49,970 nt of DNA from NCBI GenBank assembly GCA_021798415.1, contig JAJZGO010000004.1:1-49970 (forward strand). The letters run 5' to 3'. Position numbers and translations under genes: made by a program. Origin of the DNA: Thermoplasmata archaeon (GTDB lineage Archaea > Thermoplasmatota > Thermoplasmata > Lutacidiplasmatales > UBA184). The notes beneath the pieces were generated by a model. That model had not been told where the DNA came from. It did no database searches and saw only the letters and a program-made list of their open reading frames with translations. The stretch's first letter is position 1. Every line of letters begins with the position of its first letter. This document shows positions 1 to 8,121 of the stretch, one piece after another.

Positions 1-49
1 CCCGCGCGCCCGGCCGCGGCCGCCGCGCGTCCCAGGGAGGCGAAGGTCC

Positions 50-622
50 GTGGGCACCAAAGGGGACGCTGAGCGCCCGACGGTCACGCACGCCGTCCGC
101 TACATCGGCGAGCGGGTCACCGCCGCGCTCGAGCGGGTCGACCCGAAGGCCATCGGACGCGCCGTCGACCTTCTCGCTCGCGCCCCGCAGATCTTCGTCT
201 ACGGCGCGGGACGCAGCGGCATCATCGGCCGTGCGTTCGCGATGCGGCTCGTCCAGGCGGGCCTGCGCGCGTACGTCATCGGGGAAAGCGTCACTCCGAT
301 CGTCCGGCGGGGCGACACCGTCTTCCTGCTCTCGGGCCAGGGCGAGAGCTACTCGTCGATGCAGACCGCCAACATCGTGCGGCGCGAGGGCGCCGACCTC
401 ATCGTCCTCACGGCCCGCCCGGGGTCGAAGATCGCCCACACCGCGACCGTCCTCCTCACGATCGAGTTCGCCGAGGACCGCGACCGCCCCCGCTACGCTC
501 CGCTCGGAACGCTGTTCGAGTCGGCGAGCCTGCGGCTCACCGACAGCCTCGTGGCCGAACTTCTGCGGACGCGAGGCGAGACCGAGGATTCGATGCGACG
601 GCGCCACGCGATCATGGTCTAG
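50..622 (+). CDS. hxlB: 6-phospho-3-hexuloisomerase (SIS domain, RuMP pathway)
   Basis: YGAGRSG, FAMRL..G, YVIGE..TP, SGQGES and APLGTLFE motifs of PHI; 190 aa; GTG start. Confidence 0.88.
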   Translation: MGTKGDAERPTVTHAVRYIGERVTAALERVDPKAIGRAVDLLARAPQIFVYGAGRSGIIGRAFAMRLVQAGLRAYVIGESVTPIVRRGDTVFLLSGQGESYSSMQTANIVRREGADLIVLTARPGSKIAHTATVLLTIEFAEDRDRPRYAPLGTLFESASLRLTDSLVAELLRTRGETEDSMRRRHAIMV

Positions 623-642
623 CGGCCGGCCGCGCGCCAAAG

Positions 643-648
643 CTTAAG
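643..648 (+). promoter_or_regulatory. TATA-like box for pdaD
   Basis: CTTAAG in a GC-rich context, ~28 nt upstream of GTG 672; the same spacing recurs at many genes in the window. Confidence 0.5.
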
Positions 649-671
649 GAGCGGCCACCTTCCCGGCCGAC

Positions 672-1172
672 GTGTCCGCCAAGGGCGCTGCGGTCTCTCG
701 CACCCTCGTACCGGTCCCGTCTCGGTTCTTCGTCACGAGCGGGAAGGGGATCAACAAGACGAGCGAGCTCAACGCGTTCGACCTCGCGCTGCTTCAGGCC
801 GGCATCGGGGAGCAGAACCTCGTGAGCGTCTCTTCGGTCCTGCCGATCGGGATCCGCCAGATCGACCGGGAGACGATCCCCCGAGGGGCCATCACGCACT
901 GCGTCCTCTCGCGCCACGCGGGCGGCGAGGGCGAGGTGATCAGCGCGGGGATCTCCTACGGCTTCCGCACCGATGGCCAGGGCGGCTACGTGGCCGAAGG
1001 CCATCTCCACGGCACGCAGAAGTCCCTCAAGGAGTTCCTCAAGTGGCGGATGGAGGAGATCGCCCACTTCCGCGGCGTCGAGCTGCGACGCATCCACTAC
1101 CGGACCGAGGAGCTCTCGATCCCGATGGACCACTACGGGGTCTGCATCGCCGCGTGCGTCTTCCTGCCCTAG
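672..1172 (+). CDS. pdaD: pyruvoyl-dependent arginine decarboxylase
   Basis: LNAFDLALLQAGI..NLVSVSSVLP containing the Ser-Ser autocleavage site; GGYVAE; 166 aa. Confidence 0.9.
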   Translation: MSAKGAAVSRTLVPVPSRFFVTSGKGINKTSELNAFDLALLQAGIGEQNLVSVSSVLPIGIRQIDRETIPRGAITHCVLSRHAGGEGEVISAGISYGFRTDGQGGYVAEGHLHGTQKSLKEFLKWRMEEIAHFRGVELRRIHYRTEELSIPMDHYGVCIAACVFLP

Positions 1173-1192
1173 GCCCCCGGGCGGCCGCGCGG

Positions 1193-1528
1193 CTAGAGCA
1201 GCTTTCGGAAGAGCAGCTTGTCCTCGAGCCGGCCGTCGATCGCGAGCTTGCGCGTCACGAGGGCCTTCATCGGGCCGATCTCCTTGCGCACGAGGCCGTG
1301 GAACGTCGCGACGTCCGTCGTGATCGTGACGTCGGCCTGCGGGGCGGGGCCCGAGCGCAGGTTCGCGAGCCGGCCCCCCGCGAGGTCGACCGCGTAGGTC
1401 CCCGCGTCGGTGAGCCGGATCTCGATCGTCCGCGCGAGGCCGGCGAGCTCCTCCGCCGACGCGGGGGTCCGCTCGGCGTGGCGGTTGAACCGCTCGACGA
1501 GCCCGGCGAGGGTCTCCTCCACCGTCAT
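1193..1528 (-). CDS. SCP2 sterol/lipid-binding domain protein
   Basis: ADVTITTD..TF.GL....PMKALVTRKLAIDG pattern of SCP2; start overlaps the rnhB stop (ATGA). Confidence 0.8.
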   Translation of the reverse strand: MTVEETLAGLVERFNRHAERTPASAEELAGLARTIEIRLTDAGTYAVDLAGGRLANLRSGPAPQADVTITTDVATFHGLVRKEIGPMKALVTRKLAIDGRLEDKLLFRKLL

Positions 1529-2190
1529 GGAACGAACGCGTCCAGCGTCCGAGCCGGTCGGGCGGGCTTAACCCTTTGCACCGTCGCCCACGAACCGCGC
1601 ATCCACGGAGGGACGGGGCCGCCGTCGGCGAGCGCGCGCCGGGCGAAGTCGATCGTCCGCCGGTCGGACGGGTAGCCGCTCCCGATCGACGCGTCGAGGG
1701 AGCGCGCGAGCCGCGCGATCGCCCGGTCGCGACGGACCTTCGCGACGATCGACGCGGCCCCGACGACCGGGTCGTCGCGGTCGGCGTGGTGCCGGGCGAC
1801 GACCCGCACGTGGCCGCCGGACCGCTCGGCGACCGACCGGCCGAACCGCGCCGCGTCGACGTCGCACGCGTCGACGTACGCCACGTCGGGCCTCAGCGCG
1901 CGGACGAGCCGGGCGAACGCCTCGGCCTCGAGTTCGTTGAGGCGACCGCGCTCGACGTAGCGGTCGATCGTCTTCGGCGCGATCGCGACCGAGCGACGCT
2001 CGCCGACGGACGCGAGACGGCGGTAGACCGTCGACCGGGCCCCGGGAGAGAGGGCTTTCGAGTCCCGCGCGCCGGCCCCCACGAGCGTCGGGATGCGGTC
2101 GTCGCGCACGAGGAACGCACCGACGACGAGAGGGCCGAGGAGGCTTCCCCGCCCCGCCTCGTCGATCCCGAGGACCCGAGCGCCCGTCGT
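1525..2190 (-). CDS. rnhB: ribonuclease HII (probable non-canonical ACG start at 2190 or 2187)
   Basis: VLGIDEAGRGSLLGPLVVG lies in frame upstream of the ORF-track start (2109); RDSKAL, YVDACD, AASIVAKVRRD, GSGYPSD; C-terminal RTLDAF PIP-like motif. Confidence 0.9.
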   Translation of the reverse strand, partial: TTGARVLGIDEAGRGSLLGPLVVGAFLVRDDRIPTLVGAGARDSKALSPGARSTVYRRLASVGERRSVAIAPKTIDRYVERGRLNELEAEAFARLVRALRPDVAYVDACDVDAARFGRSVAERSGGHVRVVARHHADRDDPVVGAASIVAKVRRDRAIARLARSLDASIGSGYPSDRRTIDFARRALADGGPVPPWMRGSWATVQRVKPARPARTLDAFVP

Positions 2191-2222
2191 ACCGCTCCCC
2201 GGTGCCGGACACGCGTCAAGGA

Positions 2223-2228
2223 GTTAAG
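2223..2228. promoter_or_regulatory. shared divergent TATA-like box (rnhB / aldolase)
   Basis: GTTAAG, the only AT-rich element between the divergent genes; 27 nt before ATG 2251. Confidence 0.5.
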
Positions 2229-2250
2229 CCGTCGCGGCGCTGGGCCGACC

Positions 2251-3150
2251 ATGGCGCTCGACGGACTCATCGTACCGATCCCGACCCTCTTCGCCGATGA
2301 CGGCGGCCTCGACACCGGGCGCAACGCGAAATTCGCGCGCAACCTCTCGGACGCGAAGGTCGACCACCTCTTCCTCCTCGGCTCGCTCGGCGAGTTCCCG
2401 TCGGTGGACGACGACGAGCGTACCCGCCTCGTCGACGTCGTCGTCGAGAGCGCGACGGGGAAGACGGACGTCTGGGTCGGGGTGGGCGCGCCCTCGACCC
2501 GGCGGGCGGTCGCCTACGCGGAGGAGGCGGAGGCGGCGGGCGCCGCCGCGGTCGTCGCCGTCCCACCGTACTACCTCCATCCGTCCCTGCCGGCCGTCGC
2601 GAGCTACTACCGTACGATCCGCGCCGCCGTGACCGTGCCGCTCCTGGCGTACAACATCCCGTCCCTCGTCGGCTACCCGCTGCCGGCCGACCGCGTGCAC
2701 GCCCTGGCCGCGGACGGGACGCTCGCCGGCGTCAAGGACACTTAGGGCTCGCTGGCGAGCGTCGAGGGGTTCCTGCGCGGGGCTCCGTCCGGCTTCGCCG
2801 TGTTTCCGGGGGACGACGTGCTCGCGAGCGCCGCGATCGCCCGGGGCGCACGGGGCGCGGTGATGGGGATCGCCAACGTCGTGCCGAAGCTGTGCGTCGA
2901 GCTCGTCACCGCCGCACGGGCCTCCGACCGCGCCCGCAGCGAGGAGCTCCAGTCGCTCGTGGACGCGCTCGTCGACGTCTCGAGGAGCGCGCCGTTCCCG
3001 TCCGCCGACAAGTTCCTCGCCGCCGAGCTCCGGGACGCGGAGGTCGGGTATCGGGCCCCGTACGACCCGCTCACGCCCGAGGAGCGCGAGGGGGTGCGGG
3101 AGCGCCTCGCCCCGCTCCGGCCGCGCCTCGCGCCGTTCCTCGGGCGGTGA
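2251..3150 (+). pseudogene. DapA/NAL-family class I aldolase (probable 2-keto-3-deoxygluconate aldolase) interrupted by an in-frame TAG at 2743-2745
   Basis: GSLGEF, PPYY, YNIPS and GVKDT motifs, then TAG, then the same frame continues GSLAS..FPGDD..GARGAVMGIANVVP..YRAPYDPL to TGA 3150; 299 codons in total; adjacent to glucose dehydrogenase. Confidence 0.8.
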
Positions 3151-3153
3151 ACC

Positions 3154-4275
3154 GTGCGCGCGGTCGTCGTTCGACCCCCGGCCGCGGGCGTCGCCCTCGA
3201 GGACGTTCCCTCTCCCGCGCTTTCCGCCGGGGCCGTGCGGGTCTCGGTCATCGAGTGCGGCGTCTGCGGGACCGACCACGACATCGTGGGCGGGCGGTAC
3301 GGACGGCCGCCGGCGGGCTCGGAGTTCCTGATCCTCGGCCACGAAAACCTTGGGGAGGTGGCGGAGGTCGGCGCAGGGGTCGACGGGTTCGCCGCCGGCG
3401 ACCTCGTGGTCGCGACGGTGCGGCGAGGCTGCGGCCGGTGCCGGTTCTGCCGGTCGAACCGGTCGGACTTCTGCGAGACGGGCGGCTTCACCGAGCGGGG
3501 TATCGGTGGGGCCCACGGATACATGGCGGAGGAGTACGTCGACGTTCCCGCCTACCTCGTGAAGGTCCCGCCCGCGCTGCGCCGGGTCGCGGTCCTCCTC
3601 GAGCCGCTCAGCGTGGTCGAGAAGGCGGTCTTCCAGGGTCAGCGCGTGCTCGATCGGAAGGAGCCGACCCCGGGCGAGCCGAAGACGGGAACGCCGACCG
3701 CCCTCGTCGCCGGGACCGGGGCGATCGGAATGCTCGCCGCGCTCCTCCTGCGGGTCCGGGGCTACGAGGTCGTGGGGGTCGACCGTCACGGCGACGACAC
3801 GCCCGCCGCGAAGACGCTCGCCCGCGCCGGAGCGACGCACGCGAACGTGCTCGCGGGGTTCGACGCGCTCGGCGGGCGCCGGTTCGACCTCGTGGTCGAG
3901 GCGACCGGGTCGGCCACGCTCGACTTCGCGCTCGTCGACCGGCTGGGGCCGAACGGCGTCCTCGTCCTCACGGGCATCCCGGACGCCGACTCCCCGCCGA
4001 CGCCGGTCCCCGGCGGCGCGCTCCTCCGGGACGTCGTGCTCGGCAACCAGGCGATCGTGGGCTCCGTCAACGCGAATCGCACGTACTTCGAGGCCGGCCT
4101 GCGCGACCTCACTGTCTTCGAGGAGCGGTGGCCGGGGGCGGTCGACGCCCTGGTCTCGGGCCGCCGGCCGCTCGAAGAGTTCCGGGACGTCCTTGCGGGC
4201 CACCCCGGCGGAACGATCAAGACGGTCCTCACCGTGCGGCCCGGGGGCGCGGCGGGGACCGCGCCGGATGGGTAG
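3154..4275 (+). CDS. gdh: Zn-dependent glucose 1-dehydrogenase (archaeal MDR type)
   Basis: GVCGTD, LGHENLG, VRRGCGRCRFC..DFCETG.FTERGI.GAHGYM, GTGAIG, GSVNA. Confidence 0.9.
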   Translation: MRAVVVRPPAAGVALEDVPSPALSAGAVRVSVIECGVCGTDHDIVGGRYGRPPAGSEFLILGHENLGEVAEVGAGVDGFAAGDLVVATVRRGCGRCRFCRSNRSDFCETGGFTERGIGGAHGYMAEEYVDVPAYLVKVPPALRRVAVLLEPLSVVEKAVFQGQRVLDRKEPTPGEPKTGTPTALVAGTGAIGMLAALLLRVRGYEVVGVDRHGDDTPAAKTLARAGATHANVLAGFDALGGRRFDLVVEATGSATLDFALVDRLGPNGVLVLTGIPDADSPPTPVPGGALLRDVVLGNQAIVGSVNANRTYFEAGLRDLTVFEERWPGAVDALVSGRRPLEEFRDVLAGHPGGTIKTVLTVRPGGAAGTAPDG

Positions 4276-4528
4276 AAACCCTCCGTCCGCTCTTCGGCTC
4301 CCGAGCCTCTTCTGGAGCGGCCGGGCCATTACCCCGAGTTCGCGCAGTCCGCACCGTGTTGGCCGTCGTCCCTCGGGCCGCAGCGTTTCCGTCCGCCCCG
4401 CCGACCGGAGCGCCGCGTCGGGGCGAAAGTGTGGGCCCACGGCCTCCGCCGGTTCGCGGAGGGGAGGCGGATCGCACCACGCCCCCGGACGACGGCGCTC
4501 CTCCGGGGGATTCCGCAGACCCGACGCG
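4260..4528 (-). ncRNA. candidate structured non-coding RNA of about 270 nt, family unassigned
   Basis: Ends pair (4521-4528 with 4260-4267); five or more internal stems; G-U pairs form only on the minus strand; no convincing CDS in an otherwise gap-free region. Confidence 0.5.
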
Positions 4529-4582
4529 CCCTAAAGGTCAAATACGCGACTCCGCTCGAACCGCTCCTCGCTGGGAGGATCG

Positions 4583-4978
4583 ATGGGGATCTGGCAGGGA
4601 TTGTCCCGACGCAAACGCACCGGGGGCCGGCTCCGGCCGATCCGCAAGAAGAGACGGTTCGAGATCGCCCCGGAGCTCCAGCACGCGACCGTCGGCCCGG
4701 GGACCGTCAAGCGCTACCGGGGCCGCGGACTCAACTCGAAGCTGAGGATCCTCACGACCCAGTCGATCAACGTCTTCGACCCCGCCACGAAGAAGATGCA
4801 GAAGGCGACGATCGTCACGGTCCGGGAGAACCCGGCGAACCCGAACTACGTCCAACGCAACATCATCACGAAGGGTGCGATCCTCGAGACGGACGTCGGA
4901 TTGGTCCAGGTACGCTCCCGCCCGGGCCAGGACGGGGTCCTGAACGGGGTTCGCGTCCCGCCGCGCGCCACGGCGTGA
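4583..4978 (+). CDS. rps8e: 30S ribosomal protein S8e
   Basis: MGIWQGLSRRKRTGG, ENPANPNYVQRNIITKGA, SRPGQDGVLNG. Confidence 0.97.
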   Translation: MGIWQGLSRRKRTGGRLRPIRKKRRFEIAPELQHATVGPGTVKRYRGRGLNSKLRILTTQSINVFDPATKKMQKATIVTVRENPANPNYVQRNIITKGAILETDVGLVQVRSRPGQDGVLNGVRVPPRATA

Positions 4979-4991
4979 GGCGTCCCGGCGG

Positions 4992-5291
4992 ATGCCCGAG
5001 CACTTCTACGTCTACCCGGCGTACCTCGCCCAGGGTCGCTCGCGCGCCCAGGGACGCCGCCGTCCCTCGGGCGAGGGGGTCCCCGACGTCACGGTCGCCG
5101 AGATCGCGGAAGCGGCCCGACGGCTCGGCTACCGCGTCGAGGTCGAGGCCGAGAAGTCGTACCCCCGGGACCCGACGACGCTCGTCGGGCGGGTCAAGGT
5201 GACGAAGCGCGCGGGAAGCTCGAAGGCCGGGTTCCTCAAGCTCGTGGCCGCGGAGGTCCGTCGCCATCGGGGACCCGGGGGACGGCCCTAG
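4992..5291 (+). CDS. srp19: signal recognition particle protein SRP19
   Basis: VYPAYL...SRAQGRRRP, EKSYPRD...GRVKV; typical position after rps8e. Confidence 0.9.
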   Translation: MPEHFYVYPAYLAQGRSRAQGRRRPSGEGVPDVTVAEIAEAARRLGYRVEVEAEKSYPRDPTTLVGRVKVTKRAGSSKAGFLKLVAAEVRRHRGPGGRP

Positions 5292-5292
5292 C

Positions 5293-6084
5293 ATGGAGGA
5301 GCCCGGGACCGTCTACTTCACCGGCACGGCCGGCGCGGGGAAGACGACGCTCGTGCGCGCGTTCGCCGACTGGATGAAGAGCGCCGGGTACGACGCGACG
5401 GTCATCAACCTCGACCCGGGCAGCGAAGCGGACGGCACCGGGTTCGACATCGACATCCGAGAGTGGGTCCGCCTCTCCGACCTCCAGGAGGAGTACAACC
5501 TCGGGCCGAACGGCGCCCAGGTCGCGGCCGCCGACATGATCGCCCTCAAGATCTTCGAAGTGCGGCAGGCGATCCAGGAGCTCAAGTCGGACTACGTGCT
5601 CGTCGACACGCCCGGCCAGATCGAGCTCTTCGCCTTCCGCGAGGCGTCGAAGGCGATCGTCGACGCGCTCAGCGGCGACCGGTCGGTGATCGCCTTCCTC
5701 TTCGACCCCGCGCTCGCACGAACGCCGGGAGGTTTCGTCTCGCTCCTCATGCTCAGCTCGACCCTCGAGTTCCGCTTCCGTTTGCCGATGGTGAACCTGC
5801 TCGCGAAATCGGACGTCCTCACGCCCGAACAGCTCGCCGAGGTGACCTCCTGGTCCGACGAACCCGGGGCGCTCTACGAGGCGGTCACGCGCGACGCGCC
5901 GACCCCCGACGTCCAGCTATCGACCGAGCTCTTCCGGGCCATCGAGACGATGGGCCCGCTCGGCGGGGTGCTGCCGACCTCGGCCAAGGAGAACCTCGGC
6001 CTCGAGGCGCTCTACCAGGCGTGCCAGCGGGTCTTCGCCGGCGGCGAGGACCTCGAGCCGTCGCACGCCCCGTCGACCGACTGA
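5293..6084 (+). CDS. GPN-loop GTPase
   Basis: GTAGAGKTT, NLDPG, YNLGPNGAQ, DTPGQIELF. Confidence 0.93.
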   Translation: MEEPGTVYFTGTAGAGKTTLVRAFADWMKSAGYDATVINLDPGSEADGTGFDIDIREWVRLSDLQEEYNLGPNGAQVAAADMIALKIFEVRQAIQELKSDYVLVDTPGQIELFAFREASKAIVDALSGDRSVIAFLFDPALARTPGGFVSLLMLSSTLEFRFRLPMVNLLAKSDVLTPEQLAEVTSWSDEPGALYEAVTRDAPTPDVQLSTELFRAIETMGPLGGVLPTSAKENLGLEALYQACQRVFAGGEDLEPSHAPSTD

Positions 6085-6115
6085 GGCCGACCGGCTCCGG
6101 GCGACCGTCGGCGCG

Positions 6116-6418
6116 TTACTCGTCGGTGAAGAAGAGGCCCATGCCCGCGGAGGCGCTCTCCTCTTCGTCCTTGAACCGTCGGTAGAGCGGTTCGGCCTCG
6201 GCGCTCGCAAGGCGGGTGCCGACGGCGTCGAGGAGCCCTTCGGCGCGCTTCACCGCGTCGGCCGAACCTTCGATGAGCACGTACGTGCGGTCGCCCGGGC
6301 CGCCGAGGGCCCCCGCGTCCCGGACCTTCTGGCTCTGTCGGGAGACGACGTCGTCCCGGAGCGCTGCGTCGAGCTCGGTCCGCCTCGCGGACGGAACGGA
6401 GTAGATCGTCCACGCCAT
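6116..6418 (-). CDS. hypothetical protein (100 aa, acidic C-terminus)
   Basis: ATG 6418 MAWTIYSV...DDVVSRQS...EEESASAGMGLFFTDE; coding-like codon usage; TATA-like CTATAT at 6441. Confidence 0.75.
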   Translation of the reverse strand: MAWTIYSVPSARRTELDAALRDDVVSRQSQKVRDAGALGGPGDRTYVLIEGSADAVKRAEGLLDAVGTRLASAEAEPLYRRFKDEEESASAGMGLFFTDE

Positions 6419-6494
6419 GCGCCCGGCCGACCCGGCTCGCCTATATGGGGTTGTTCGAAGGGGACGGACGGGCGGACGGGGGGTTCCGGGAGCG

Positions 6495-7211
6495 ATGTAC
6501 GCGCGGTCGACCGAGTCCCCGATACTGCTCATCGGCGCCGCGCACGTGGTGGACCTCGCCCGACCGCTTCGCGAGCTCCTGAACGAACGGACGCTCGACG
6601 GGATCGCGGTCGAGCTCGACGCGGAACGCGCGGACGCGCTCCTCGCCCCCGAGGGTCGCCGCTCCCGGGGCGGCGACGGGCCCCTCTTCGTACGCCTGTG
6701 GAGCCTCTTGCAGCGCCGCCTCGGCGCCGAGATCGGTGGGGGAGTCCCGGGCGCGGAGATGAAGGCGGCGGCCCTCGTGGCGCGGGAGCGGTCCCTTCCG
6801 CTCTTCCTGATCGACGACCCGATCCGGTCGACGCTCGTCCAGCTGGTGCGGGCGATGCCGTTCAAGGAGCGCGTGCTCCTCCTCGCGAGCGCCGTGGTCG
6901 GTCTCTTCCTCCCGGCACGGGTCGTCGAGCGGGCGATGGACCGCTACGTCGACGCGCCGGACGACTACACCGCGGAGCTGAGGCAGGTGAGCCCGACGCT
7001 CGCCCGCGTCCTGATCGACGACCGCAACGAGCACATGGCGGACCGCCTCGCCGAGCTGCGGCACCGGGGGTACGGGCGGATCGCGGTCGTGGTCGGCGAC
7101 GCGCACCTCTCGGGGCTCCGCACCGCGCTCGGACGACGGGGGATCCCGACCGAGTCGGTCCCGTTCCGCGACCTGAGGGCGGCTAAAGGACCCGGACCGA
7201 GCTCTTCGTGA
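6495..7211 (+). CDS. TraB/GumN (TIKI superfamily) protein
   Basis: LIGAAHV, IAVELD..R, PGAEM..A, LIDDRNEHMA, VVVGDAH. Confidence 0.88.
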   Translation: MYARSTESPILLIGAAHVVDLARPLRELLNERTLDGIAVELDAERADALLAPEGRRSRGGDGPLFVRLWSLLQRRLGAEIGGGVPGAEMKAAALVARERSLPLFLIDDPIRSTLVQLVRAMPFKERVLLLASAVVGLFLPARVVERAMDRYVDAPDDYTAELRQVSPTLARVLIDDRNEHMADRLAELRHRGYGRIAVVVGDAHLSGLRTALGRRGIPTESVPFRDLRAAKGPGPSSS

Positions 7212-8055
7212 CCTCGTCCACGGCCTTCGTGAACGCGTCCGCGAACCGGGAGAGTTCGGGGGAGCGGTGCTCCTCGAGCCGGCCGGCGTCGCCCAGCGCC
7301 GAGACCTCGGGGACGACGGGGAGCTCGGCCAGGACCGGGAGCCCGTACTCGGCTCCGACGGCGCGCACCCGGCTCGGACCGAAGAGCGAGATCCGTTCGC
7401 CGCAATGCGGGCACGTGAGGTACGCCATGTTGTCGACGACCCCGAGGAGGGCGACGTGGAGGTCGCGGGCCATGTTCATCGCCTTCTTGACGATCAGCGC
7501 GGCGAGGTCCTGGGGGGTCAGGACGAAGACCATCCCGTCGATCGGGATCGTCTGGAAGACCGTGAGCGGCACGTCGCTCGTTCCGGGCGGCATGTCGATG
7601 AGCAGGTAGTCGAGCGACCCCCAGTTGACGCCGCCGAAGAACTGCGTGATGAGCCGGGTGACGAGCGGTCCCCGCCAGATCACGGGCGTCTGCTCGTCCT
7701 CGACCATGAACTGCGAGGAGACGACCGAGATCCCGGTCCGGGACGACGCCGGCTCGATCCCCTCCCCGCGGTCGACGAGCGGTCCGGTGAGCCCGAGGAG
7801 CTTCGGGATCGACGGGCCGGTGATGTCCGCGTCGAGAATCCCCACGGAGAGGCCGCGTCGGCGCAGCTCGGTCGCGAGGAGGGCCGTGACCGACGACTTC
7901 CCGACCCCGCCCTTGCCGCTGCCGATCGCGACCACGTGGCGGACCGCGCCCTTGCTCATCCGCTGGAGCAGCCCGCGCGCCGGTGGCCGGACCCCGTGCG
8001 AGTGTCCTTCCGCGGACGGCGGTGGGGCGGGCGTCGCGCCGGGAGGAGCGGCCAT
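7183..8055 (-). CDS. Mrp/Nbp35/ApbC Fe-S cluster carrier ATPase
   Basis: SGKGGVGKS, DADITGPS, WRGP, DMPPGTSD, CPHC. Confidence 0.95.
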   Translation of the reverse strand: MAAPPGATPAPPPSAEGHSHGVRPPARGLLQRMSKGAVRHVVAIGSGKGGVGKSSVTALLATELRRRGLSVGILDADITGPSIPKLLGLTGPLVDRGEGIEPASSRTGISVVSSQFMVEDEQTPVIWRGPLVTRLITQFFGGVNWGSLDYLLIDMPPGTSDVPLTVFQTIPIDGMVFVLTPQDLAALIVKKAMNMARDLHVALLGVVDNMAYLTCPHCGERISLFGPSRVRAVGAEYGLPVLAELPVVPEVSALGDAGRLEEHRSPELSRFADAFTKAVDEVTKSSVRVL

Positions 8056-8077
8056 CCGGTTGCCACGGGGGTGCGGC

Positions 8078-8084
8078 TATATAA
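8078..8084. promoter_or_regulatory. divergent TATA box (mrp / acyl-CoA synthetase)
   Basis: TATATAA in a 66-nt divergent gap. Confidence 0.6.
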
Positions 8085-8121
8085 CGCGAGACCCGTGCGA
8101 ACGACCGGTCGGGAGCGATCG

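Noticed and set aside
4260-4528. Calling the structured region SRP (7S) RNA because srp19 is nearby
   Set aside because: No helix-8 CAGG..GRAA..AGCA motif and no Alu UGUAA motif on either strand
4193-5202. ORFs 4193-4534, 4229-4480, 4329-4541 and 4429-5202 as genes
   Set aside because: Arg/Pro/Gly-rich shadow composition, overlap with real genes and no recognisable motifs
7267-8121. 285-aa N-terminal extension of the acyl-CoA ligase (1001-aa ORF)
   Set aside because: It is the antisense shadow of mrp; the TATA box and GGGAG point to ATG 8122
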